DNA of 51,991 nucleotides from Candidatus Micrarchaeota archaeon (lineage in GTDB: Archaea; Micrarchaeota; Micrarchaeia; Anstonellales; Bilamarchaeaceae), in contig JBFLYM010000005.1 of the NCBI GenBank assembly GCA_040757035.1, forward strand, positions 1 to 51,991, in the 5' to 3' direction. Below the pieces are notes generated by a model. That model was not told the origin of the DNA. It worked only from the letters and a program-made list of their open reading frames with translations, and did no database searches. Positions 30,945 to 39,173 of this stretch are shown piece after piece (position 1 is the stretch's first letter; each line of letters opens with the position of its first letter). A program made the position numbers and the translations under genes.

Positions 30945-31046
30945 TTTTTATCTGATCTTTTTCGAGCGAAAGATTTGAAAAGATTAGTGGGTGGATTTAC
31001 TTTATACAAAAATAACTTTATAAACCTTTACAAAGAAACTTAATTC

Positions 31047-31256
31047 ATGGTTCATTCAAAAAAACATTTCCATGTTATTATTATACTTTTTATTGTTGCA
31101 TTAATTTTGGTAGTTGTATTTGTTGTAGTTGGTTTAACAAATAAACCTACTGAATCAACTGGTCAAAATGATATTGAGCGAAGTTATATGTATTGGAAAA
31201 ATGTCAGCCCGTTCTCAATTGAAGAGGCATATCTAAATACACAAAATGTTAGTTGA
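31047..31256 (+). CDS. Short pilin-like membrane protein
   Basis: N-terminal TM helix then SYMYWKNVSPFSIEE; paralogous to next ORF. Confidence 0.6.
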   Translation: MVHSKKHFHVIIILFIVALILVVVFVVVGLTNKPTESTGQNDIERSYMYWKNVSPFSIEEAYLNTQNVS

Positions 31257-31525
31257 TGTTGTTAATTTATGAAAAGGCCGGATTTATGTTTTGCACAATT
31301 AAACAAGATAAAAAAAATAAATCAAAAAAAGCACAAAGTTCTGCCGAATATCTTATAATTTTAGTTGTAGTTCTTGTAGTTGCGCTAATTGTGATAGGTT
31401 TGTTGGGAGGATTTTCTGGATTTGGAACAACAAGTGTTACAGAACAAAGTCATACATATTGGCAAGGTACAACTCCATTTTCAATTGAAGATATGGCAAT
31501 AGAAGAACAAAATATAAGTAGCTAA
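31253..31525 (+). CDS. Short class III signal peptide (pilin-like) protein
   Basis: KKA^QSSAEYLIILVVVLVVALIV, SHTYWQGTTPFSIED; start uncertain. Confidence 0.78.
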   Translation: MMLLIYEKAGFMFCTIKQDKKNKSKKAQSSAEYLIILVVVLVVALIVIGLLGGFSGFGTTSVTEQSHTYWQGTTPFSIEDMAIEEQNISS

Positions 31526-31551
31526 CCACAAGTTAATTTTCATTGGATGTT

Positions 31552-32511
31552 ATGATAAAAAATGAATTCCTTCCTTGGACAGAGAAATACCGTCCACACA
31601 AACTTGTTGAAATTACCGGTCAGGAAGAGATAATTAAAACTCTTAAAGCGTTTGTAAAATCCGAAAATGCTCCGAATATGCTTTTTGCCGGACCGCCAGG
31701 TGTTGGAAAAACAACAGCTGCGCTATCCTTTGCATATGAGCTCTATAGTAATAATCTGAAAGGCAATTTGCTTGAATTAAATGCAAGCGACGAACGCGGA
31801 ATAGATATAATAAGGGGTAAAATAAAGGATTTTGCGAGAAGTGTTGCAATAAGAGACGCCAAATTCAAACTCATTTTTTTAGATGAAGCTGATGCGTTGA
31901 CAACCGAAGCGCAACACGCACTCAGACGCACCATGGAGCTTTATTCAAATGTTACTAGATTTATACTTAGTTGCAATTATTCATCAAAAATAATTGAACC
32001 CATACAAAGTAGAACCGCAATATTCAGATTTCTAAAACTACAAAAAAAGGATATAGAAACTATACTCAAGCATATTGTAAAAATTGAGGATATTAAAATT
32101 GATGACGATGCGTATTCGATAATATATGATGTCAGTGAAGGCGATGTGCGAAAATCAATAAACATACTTCAGGGGACTGCAATACATTCCAAACATATTA
32201 CAAAAGAGATGATTTATAAAATATCATCTAGAGCCGAGCCAAAAGAAGTCCGCGAGATGATGGAGCTTTCTCTTGCAGGTAAATTTTTAGATGCAAGAAA
32301 AAAATTAGACGCGCTTATACTAAATTATGGACTTTCTGGTGAAGATATACTATTACAAATGTATCAACAAGTAGATAATTTGAATATTGATGAAAAAGAA
32401 AAAATCAAAATTATAGATAAAATTGGGGAATATAATTTCAGACTTGTGGAAGGTGCGAATGAGCGCATCCAAATAGAAGCGCTTCTTGCTCAATTTATAC
32501 TGTTTCACTAA
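31552..32511 (+). CDS. rfcS: Replication factor C small subunit
   Basis: PWTEKYRP, GPPGVGKTT, ELNASDERG, DEADAL, IIEPIQSR. Confidence 0.97.
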   Translation: MIKNEFLPWTEKYRPHKLVEITGQEEIIKTLKAFVKSENAPNMLFAGPPGVGKTTAALSFAYELYSNNLKGNLLELNASDERGIDIIRGKIKDFARSVAIRDAKFKLIFLDEADALTTEAQHALRRTMELYSNVTRFILSCNYSSKIIEPIQSRTAIFRFLKLQKKDIETILKHIVKIEDIKIDDDAYSIIYDVSEGDVRKSINILQGTAIHSKHITKEMIYKISSRAEPKEVREMMELSLAGKFLDARKKLDALILNYGLSGEDILLQMYQQVDNLNIDEKEKIKIIDKIGEYNFRLVEGANERIQIEALLAQFILFH

Positions 32512-32513
32512 AT

Positions 32514-32615
32514 TTATTTTAGAACAAATGTAGCTATAACAAAAATAACTAGCAACGCGATTAATGCAGCTGCTGTAATCCTTACTATTGAATATAAATC
32601 GCTCACATTTTCCAT
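32514..32615 (-). CDS. Putative 33-aa single-TM small protein
   Basis: MENVSDLYSIVRITAAALIALLVIFVIATFVLK; TTTATATA box about 25 bp upstream; fills the intergenic gap. Confidence 0.5.
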   Translation of the reverse strand: MENVSDLYSIVRITAAALIALLVIFVIATFVLK

Positions 32616-32685
32616 ACAAAAATATCTTACTTCAAATATATAAACTTATTTAATGTTTGATCCGACTAAATTGAAATAGTTCTTT

Positions 32686-33462
32686 GTGAATTTTATGGAA
32701 ATTGTGTTTTTAGGAACAGGTGGAGGTAGAATGAATCTGATTAAGCAGAACCGTTGGACAGGCGGATTCAGAATAAATGGTTCTCTGAATATTCATGTTG
32801 ATCCTGGTCCAGGTGCGTTAGTACATAGTTTGGAAATGAAACAAATTCCAACGGATTTGGACGCAATAATTGTTACGCATTCGCATATTGATCATTGTTC
32901 AGATGCAAATGTACTCATAGAAGCAATGAGCGGATATACATTGAAGAAAAGAGGTATAATAATAGGTAGCAAAAATTCTATCGAAGGCGATTATAAGGGC
33001 GATCGCGCATTTACTTTATATCATCTTTCTAGAGTAGATGAAGTTTATTGCGCAAAATGGAACGAAAAAAGAATATTTAAAACACTTGGCGGAACATTTG
33101 AAATTGAAATCACAAAAGCAAAACACGAGGAAACAACGTGTTTTGGTTTTAAACTTAGTATGGATGAAAAAATTGTGGGATACACCAGTGACAGTGAATA
33201 TTTTGATGGACTTCACGAACAATATAATTATTGTGATTGGCTGATTGTAAATACAATGAAACCAACAGCTGATGAATATAAAGGACATCTCACGATAGAA
33301 AGAACAATAGAATTGCTCAAAACCGCTAAACCGAAAATTGCAATTCTCACCCATGTGGGAATCAAAATGCTTCGCGAAGGTCCAGAAAAAGTGGCCGCAT
33401 ACATTGAAAAAGAGAGTGGAATACGAACAATCGCGGCACATGATGGAATGAAATTGTCTTAA
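32686..33462 (+). CDS. Metallo-beta-lactamase fold hydrolase
   Basis: FLGTGGGR, VDPGPG, THSHIDH, YTSD, GHL, LTH; ATG at 32695 also possible. Confidence 0.9.
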   Translation: MNFMEIVFLGTGGGRMNLIKQNRWTGGFRINGSLNIHVDPGPGALVHSLEMKQIPTDLDAIIVTHSHIDHCSDANVLIEAMSGYTLKKRGIIIGSKNSIEGDYKGDRAFTLYHLSRVDEVYCAKWNEKRIFKTLGGTFEIEITKAKHEETTCFGFKLSMDEKIVGYTSDSEYFDGLHEQYNYCDWLIVNTMKPTADEYKGHLTIERTIELLKTAKPKIAILTHVGIKMLREGPEKVAAYIEKESGIRTIAAHDGMKLS

Positions 33463-33517
33463 TCCAACTAAAAATTCAACAAAAATTCAACAAAACTGAA
33501 AAAAGAGGAGAGTATTT

Positions 33518-34696
33518 ATGGGAATTACTTTGTATTTAAATAGAAAAAACAATGAAATCGCGGTTAAAGAACCACAAGACGTAAGTTCGCTTGTAAATGG
33601 GTTTTATGGCGAAATGATCAAAGGAATAATTTATCTTCAGCCTGAAGAGGTCCTTTATTTAATAGATATACGAAATGCAAAATGCATTGATGAAGTTGGA
33701 AACACATGTATGTTCAATGACATTGCTACAATATTTCTGAAGAAAAAAAAATTACTCGCGCGCTATTTGACGTTCAAAGACTGGCGAGACAGGGGAATTA
33801 TTGCCCGCCTAAGTTGTGAAGCAAAAGGAAATTATGGTCGTTCGGTTGCAAAAAAATACAAAGGAGGAAATTTCAAAATTAATGCGTATTCTCTACAAGG
33901 CGTTTTCTTTTTTGATGATTTAATTACAATATTGGATGATGAAGCGAGCGGAAAAGAACTTTATGAAAAATATTGGATAGGGCAATTTGGAACGTACAAA
34001 GCGGCGCACCGCGGAAAAATCGCAAAACTAGATATTTATGAAACTATCTACATGCTCAAACACGGCAATCTCTCGCTCAAAAACGCAAAACTTGACGAAA
34101 TATTTTCCGAAGCCGATGATCGAATAAAATATTTTGGAGATATGTATTCTGTTTACGAGGATTGGAGAAATAAGGGTTATGTGCTCAAAACAGGTTTCAA
34201 ATTCGGAACCCATTTTAGGATTTATTTTCCTGGTGCGTCGCCAATAAAAGAGGATGATGAATGGATACATTCGCGACATGTTGTGCATATCTTTCCCAGA
34301 AAAAGTAAAATGCTAATTTCTGAATGGTCGCGCGCTATACGTGTTGCGCATTCTGTAAAAAAAACATTTATTCTTGCAATTCCTGGAAAAAAATTGGACA
34401 TAAAAATAAATCCGAAAAAACCAAAATCGGATTTTATACTTTATCATAGAAAAAAAGGTGGAATACAAACTCCAAAGGACGGCCAACCGCGGTTTTTTAT
34501 GTATTCGCTTTCAGAAGACGAATATCTTGGCGGCGAAGAGCTTGCTGAAGTTCTTTTTGAAGCAAAGCACTATGGTTTGGAAACGCTTTTAGCAATTACA
34601 GATAGAGAAAGTAGCGTTACTTATTATGTTGTAAAAAGAATAGAACTTCCTGCTAGCGATTACGAATATTACGAAATAGAATGGATGCAACCTTAA
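33518..34696 (+). CDS. endA: tRNA splicing endonuclease, three-unit (epsilon2/ARMAN-like)
   Basis: KTGFKFGTHFRIY (catalytic Tyr), HSRH, RVAHSVKK (catalytic Lys); extra N- and C-terminal units; 392 aa; WIGQFGTYK loop. Confidence 0.92.
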   Translation: MGITLYLNRKNNEIAVKEPQDVSSLVNGFYGEMIKGIIYLQPEEVLYLIDIRNAKCIDEVGNTCMFNDIATIFLKKKKLLARYLTFKDWRDRGIIARLSCEAKGNYGRSVAKKYKGGNFKINAYSLQGVFFFDDLITILDDEASGKELYEKYWIGQFGTYKAAHRGKIAKLDIYETIYMLKHGNLSLKNAKLDEIFSEADDRIKYFGDMYSVYEDWRNKGYVLKTGFKFGTHFRIYFPGASPIKEDDEWIHSRHVVHIFPRKSKMLISEWSRAIRVAHSVKKTFILAIPGKKLDIKINPKKPKSDFILYHRKKGGIQTPKDGQPRFFMYSLSEDEYLGGEELAEVLFEAKHYGLETLLAITDRESSVTYYVVKRIELPASDYEYYEIEWMQP

Positions 34697-34791
34697 ATTT
34701 CTGAATGGTCGCGCGCTATACGCGTTGCGCATTCTGTAAAAAAAACATTTATTCTTGCAATTCCTGGAAAAAAATTGGACATAAAAATAAA
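34696..34791 (+). repeat. 96-bp direct copy of internal endA segment 34315-34410
   Basis: One mismatch (CGTGTT vs CGCGTT). Confidence 0.93.
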
Positions 34792-34807
34792 CCTAAAGAT
34801 TGAAGGA

Positions 34808-35018
34808 TAGCGGGAGATGGAAATTCAGCTTCCAGCAAACGACGATTCTTTTGCTGTTTTGTTAGCTGTCTTGTTTGTCGTTTTTCAAATCTCGCAAGAT
34901 TTAAAAATTCTGTTTCTCGTTTTTGTTTTTCGGTTTTGAAATTTGGAATATAAAGCATTTGAACCAACGATCTCCGGGTTATGAGCCCGGCGGGCACTCC
35001 AAACTACCCTATCCCGCT
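34808..35018 (-). tRNA. Initiator tRNA-Met(CAT) with 136-nt intron at 59/60 (34822-34957)
   Basis: A1-U72 AGCGGGA/TCCCGCT, CCGGG-CT-CAT-AA-CCCGG; strict BHB TTCA/TGAA, bulges AA^T and TT^T, inner helix GCTT/AAGC. Confidence 0.93.
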
Positions 35019-35231
35019 ATTAATGATAATTAACAGTAAATCAGCAAATAAATAAAAAACCTCGCATTTCGGAATAAACTAGCCTTTATTCGAATTTGAG
35101 CTAGTGTTGTAAAAAATGTTCGGAATTACTGCAAAAGCGCAGAGTTAACTGTTTAAATATTTTTCTTGCGTGTAGTTAATTTTAATGGATCAGTATAATC
35201 AGTATAATGACCATATAACCAAGGTGAGAAA

Positions 35232-35738
35232 ATGGGATTACTTGATAAAATGCTTGATGATTTGTTGGGTGCTGAAAAAAAATCATATAAGGAAAAAATC
35301 TCTAAGGTATCTTCTTCAAGTTCAACTCCGGATTTGAATTCAAATACAGCTCCAAATTTGCAAAAAATACAAACTGCTCTTCCTATAAGCATGTCAATAA
35401 GATTCTTACCACTCAGACTCGCGGCAAAAAAGGATAATCGCGTTGACATGATTGTAACAATAACTAATAAAACCAACGAAAAACAGATCGTTTCATTTGA
35501 GGCACTGCTTCCAAAAACCGAAATGCTTGGTTTCAATAATACTATAATAATCAAACATGCTGAAAAAAAAGGTGTTTTAGAACCGAACGCACGCACTGAA
35601 TTTGCTATACCAATATATAGTACAACTCAGACCAAAGAAGGCAATTATACAATAAACGTTTCTGCGTATGTCCATTATCTAGATTACTCCAAGATAATAA
35701 ACTACATAAAAAGAACAATTTCGCTTAGAGTAGTTTAA
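35232..35738 (+). CDS. Hypothetical protein, probably beta-sandwich C-terminal domain
   Basis: 168-aa ORF with RBS GGTGA and genome-typical composition. Confidence 0.7.
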   Translation: MGLLDKMLDDLLGAEKKSYKEKISKVSSSSSTPDLNSNTAPNLQKIQTALPISMSIRFLPLRLAAKKDNRVDMIVTITNKTNEKQIVSFEALLPKTEMLGFNNTIIIKHAEKKGVLEPNARTEFAIPIYSTTQTKEGNYTINVSAYVHYLDYSKIINYIKRTISLRVV

Positions 35739-35778
35739 GATCTATATGCAATCTATATAATCTACGTTTTTTAGTGGA

Positions 35779-36036
35779 TTAATATAACTGTTTCTTTATC
35801 TCATCCAGAAGATTAGCGAGCGCTAAACCTTTTTCGGTTAATTTAACTATCTTTCTGTTTTTACATGTTTCTAAAATAACAAATCCTTTTTTTTCTAAAA
35901 TATTCATAAGCTTAGTTATGTATATGTATGTTGAATTAGATTGTCTGGCTATTTTTGAAAGATGCCAATTTACATTTTGATCTTTCAATAGAATAAATGC
36001 AGCAACCGATTTCTCTTTTAAGAAAAGCATGAGCAT
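35779..36036 (-). CDS. Small winged helix-turn-helix regulator
   Basis: LSKIARQSNSTYIYITKLMNILEKKGFV...VKLTEKG. Confidence 0.82.
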   Translation of the reverse strand: MLMLFLKEKSVAAFILLKDQNVNWHLSKIARQSNSTYIYITKLMNILEKKGFVILETCKNRKIVKLTEKGLALANLLDEIKKQLY

Positions 36037-36065
36037 ATTGGTGCGAATGGATTTATAAAACTTAA

Positions 36066-37739
36066 GTGAAATTATCGTTCATGACTTCTTTTGATAAATT
36101 TCATCTTCAAAAAATTATAGGTACTAATAGAAGTAATGATAATAAATACATAAAAATAGAATTGCCGCTTGTAGATTGCAATGGCAAAGCAGAAAAGTAT
36201 TTTGCTTTCGTTGAATTAGGCAAAACATTGCAGGACGAAATTTACCGTGTATTTCATGAAGATTCGCGCGGTCAATGCGTTCTCGCTACTTCTGTTATTG
36301 AAGGAAAAAATAGGACGTACATTCAAAAAATAGAATTCAATGGAACAGAATTCCAAAACATTCAAGTATATCCAATTCTTGAAAATTCAAGAGAGTATGG
36401 TCTTCCTTATGTAATAGTAAACGGCAAAGCCTATTTTCCTGGAGCAGATGAATTGAAAATTTCGCAGGATTTGGTGCGTATTGGCATTCAGGATGATACG
36501 CAATATGGCACTCAAGACCTCCCAGATTACATAAGATTTCATGGTGGTGGATGTTGTCCACTCACTGAACAAAAATCACTTGAACTCAAACTTGATAGAT
36601 GGAATACGATAACCGAATTAGAACTCAGTGCTTATAATGCAAATAATCTGCTAAATAATCTAAATTTTGATACAAATTTTGATATTTTTGATGTAAATTT
36701 TGATACAAATTTTAATATAGCAAAAGAGGAGCCTCCTCTTTCTTTTATACATGAATTGTCTGCTCTATCAATCTACCGGTCGCAATACGATAATGATGAA
36801 AGAGAATCATATTCAACAGATAGTACTGAAGGAATACCAGCAGTCACTATAAATAGTACAAGATTAAGGAGAGCTAGGAAAGGTAATGGGATAATACTAA
36901 CAGAAGCAGCAGTAAACGCAACAATGCAAGCTAATTTAACTACGTTGATGAGTGATACTGATGTTATTGAAGCAATAAACAAAGGCGAAATTGGAATAAA
37001 ACCTTTTGACAAAATAATAGACAAAAAAAATAAAACGGGCCCGAAGGGATTTTCAACCGAACCGCGGAAGGGGAAACCCCCTCCCCCAGTTTTTCTTTTT
37101 GGGGTTGATACAGATCTTGATCTTGTTGTATTATCATCAACATCTGTTTTTCTTTGGGGTGGACCCCCCAAACCTTTCTTTTTTTTAAAAAGAAAGGGAT
37201 ATGGGTTTGAACCCTCGACCTACGGATATCCTCGTTGCTTCCTAGGTAGTATTTCAAATTCTGCGCGTCGGACGCTTGAAACGCGAAACCAACGATCAAA
37301 AACTCAAAATCCAAAATCCAAAATCCAAAATCCAAAATGCGGAACTGAATCTTCAGATCTCGCAAGATTTGGAAAAATAGCAAACGAACCATTGTTTGCT
37401 GGAAGCATAAAAGTCCGCCGCTCTGGCCAAGCTGAGCTACAGGCCCTAAATAAAGGCACTAAAGATACAAGTAAAGGATATAATACAACAGAAATAAATA
37501 AAAAGGGTAATAATTCTTACAATGCTTTTGATATTCTCAAAACTTTGAAACAAAAAAAAGAAGCAGGAAAAAAGATAAAGAAGAAGACAGAAGAAAAAAC
37601 AGAAATCGCTTTTTTATCTCCGCATGAAAAAGCGCATCGGAATACAGCTACTCATTGGACTATCGCCACTATACCCGTTATATCTTTTTCCACCGCGTTT
37701 CAGAATCATCATCTTCCAGTGAAATACCAAATTGCTTAA
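36066..37739 (+). CDS. Hypothetical protein; frame stays open through a dcd fragment and antisense across tRNA-Lys
   Basis: First ~290 aa look like genuine coding sequence; the remainder is translated repeat and tRNA sequence, so the true end is uncertain. Confidence 0.5.
   Translation: MKLSFMTSFDKFHLQKIIGTNRSNDNKYIKIELPLVDCNGKAEKYFAFVELGKTLQDEIYRVFHEDSRGQCVLATSVIEGKNRTYIQKIEFNGTEFQNIQVYPILENSREYGLPYVIVNGKAYFPGADELKISQDLVRIGIQDDTQYGTQDLPDYIRFHGGGCCPLTEQKSLELKLDRWNTITELELSAYNANNLLNNLNFDTNFDIFDVNFDTNFNIAKEEPPLSFIHELSALSIYRSQYDNDERESYSTDSTEGIPAVTINSTRLRRARKGNGIILTEAAVNATMQANLTTLMSDTDVIEAINKGEIGIKPFDKIIDKKNKTGPKGFSTEPRKGKPPPPVFLFGVDTDLDLVVLSSTSVFLWGGPPKPFFFLKRKGYGFEPSTYGYPRCFLGSISNSARRTLETRNQRSKTQNPKSKIQNPKCGTESSDLARFGKIANEPLFAGSIKVRRSGQAELQALNKGTKDTSKGYNTTEINKKGNNSYNAFDILKTLKQKKEAGKKIKKKTEEKTEIAFLSPHEKAHRNTATHWTIATIPVISFSTAFQNHHLPVKYQIA
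36945..37014 (+). repeat. 70-bp identical copy of the dcd 5' region (29586-29655)
   Basis: TTGATGAGTGATACTGATG...CCTTTTGACAAAA at both sites. Confidence 0.93.
37036..37446 (-). tRNA. tRNA-Lys(TTT) with introns at 37/38 (37228-37407, 180 nt) and 59/60 (37050-37205, 156 nt)
   Basis: GGGCCTG/CGGGCCC acceptor, GCTC/GAGC D stem, GCGGA-CT-TTT-A^A-TCCGT, GAGGG-TTCAAA^T-CCCTT; BHB central helices CTTT/GAGG and TTCA/TGAA. Confidence 0.9.
37056..37204 (-). mobile_element. Hairpin element (core B, end type 1) forming the tRNA-Lys T-loop intron
   Basis: Plus strand ACCGAACCGCGG...GGGATATGG; closely matches 39455-39607. Confidence 0.88.
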
Positions 37740-39099
37740 GCCGTTTCCTTATTTCATCTGATGTTTTGAAATCTTTCTTTTTTCTCGCATTATTACGCAA
37801 TTCAATAATCAGTCTAACCAATTGTTCAATCAATTGTTTCGCTTTATCATCAGAATTTTTACTTTCATTTTTTAATTCTAATCCAAGTATATAAAGTGCA
37901 TTTTCCATCTCTTTTTTTATGAATTCAAACGCTTCGTAATCGTATGTCTTGTTATCAATAAGGGCGCTATTTGCAGATTTCATTATTGAAAATAAGTATG
38001 TCATCGCGGTTGGCATGTCAAAATCGTATTCCAAAAAATGATAGAAATTTTTGAATTTAGCCTTCATTTCGTTCATTAATTTTACATTACGCGCATTTCT
38101 CTTTTTTCTTTTCGTGATTGCGTTGTTAATATTGTCCATAAAATTAAATATGCGCGCAACTGTGGTTTCAGCCTGCTTTATTTGCACAGGATTGTAATCC
38201 ATTGGACTGCGGTAGTTTGCGAGTGCAAAAAACATGCGCACCGCATTCGGACTGTGCATGCTAAGCACATCTTTCAGCGTCACAAAATTGCCCAAACTTT
38301 TGCTCATTTTTTCTCCGCTTACAGTAAGAAAGCCGGTGTGCAACCAGTACTTTACAAATTGAACGCCGTTCGCGGTTTCGCTTTGCGCGATTTCATTCTC
38401 GTGATGCGGAAATATTAAATCTTTTGCTCCGCCATGAATATCCAGCGTTTTAGCATATTTTCCACTCATCGCACTGCATTCAATATGCCACCCCGGTCTT
38501 CCTTTACCCCACGGACTATTAAATTCAATTATCTCATCTTTTGTTTTTTTCCAGAGCGCGAAGTCTTCAGGATTTTTTTTGGTTTCGTCCAATTCCTTTC
38601 GCGTACCTGTACGTATCTCGCCCATTTTTTGGCCAGAGAGCATACCGTAGTTTTGGAATTTGTTCACTTCAAAATACACCCCTGTTTCGGTTTCGTACGC
38701 AAAACCTCTACTGATTAAAATTTTGATCATTTCTATAATTTCCGGGATGTGTTGGGTGACTTTTGGATAAACATCGGCATCCAGAATGCGCAGTTTTTTG
38801 AAGAGTTCAATTGCCTCCGAATGAAATTTTTTCGTTAATTCTTCAGGTTTTTGATTGGTTTCCTTAGCACGCGCAATTATTTTGTCATCAACATCCGTTA
38901 TGTTCTGAATATGAAAAATTTTGTATCCCTTAAGAATAAGAAAGCGCTTTAGCATATCAAAAGCGACATATGTTCTTGCGTGTCCAACATGTACATGATC
39001 ATAAGGTGTAAGTCCACATACATAGATATTTACTTTATCATTATTCAAAGGTTTGAACTCTTCAATCTTTTTCGTGAGCGAATTGTAAAATTTCATCAT
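37678..39099 (-). CDS. cysS: Cysteine-tRNA ligase
   Basis: YVCGLTPYD, HVGH, GRPGWHIECSAM, FPHHENE, KMSKS. Confidence 0.98.
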   Translation of the reverse strand: MMKFYNSLTKKIEEFKPLNNDKVNIYVCGLTPYDHVHVGHARTYVAFDMLKRFLILKGYKIFHIQNITDVDDKIIARAKETNQKPEELTKKFHSEAIELFKKLRILDADVYPKVTQHIPEIIEMIKILISRGFAYETETGVYFEVNKFQNYGMLSGQKMGEIRTGTRKELDETKKNPEDFALWKKTKDEIIEFNSPWGKGRPGWHIECSAMSGKYAKTLDIHGGAKDLIFPHHENEIAQSETANGVQFVKYWLHTGFLTVSGEKMSKSLGNFVTLKDVLSMHSPNAVRMFFALANYRSPMDYNPVQIKQAETTVARIFNFMDNINNAITKRKKRNARNVKLMNEMKAKFKNFYHFLEYDFDMPTAMTYLFSIMKSANSALIDNKTYDYEAFEFIKKEMENALYILGLELKNESKNSDDKAKQLIEQLVRLIIELRNNARKKKDFKTSDEIRKRLKQFGISLEDDDSETRWKKI

Positions 39100-39173
39100 A
39101 TTATCCGAATTTGTTTTCCGAATTTTAAGAATTTTGGCGATTAATGATTAACTAATGATCAATACAGATAAAT

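Noticed and set aside
37290-37340. AAAATCC repeats and the tandem intron elements as a CRISPR array
   Set aside because: No constant repeat with unique spacers of regular length and no cas genes in the window.
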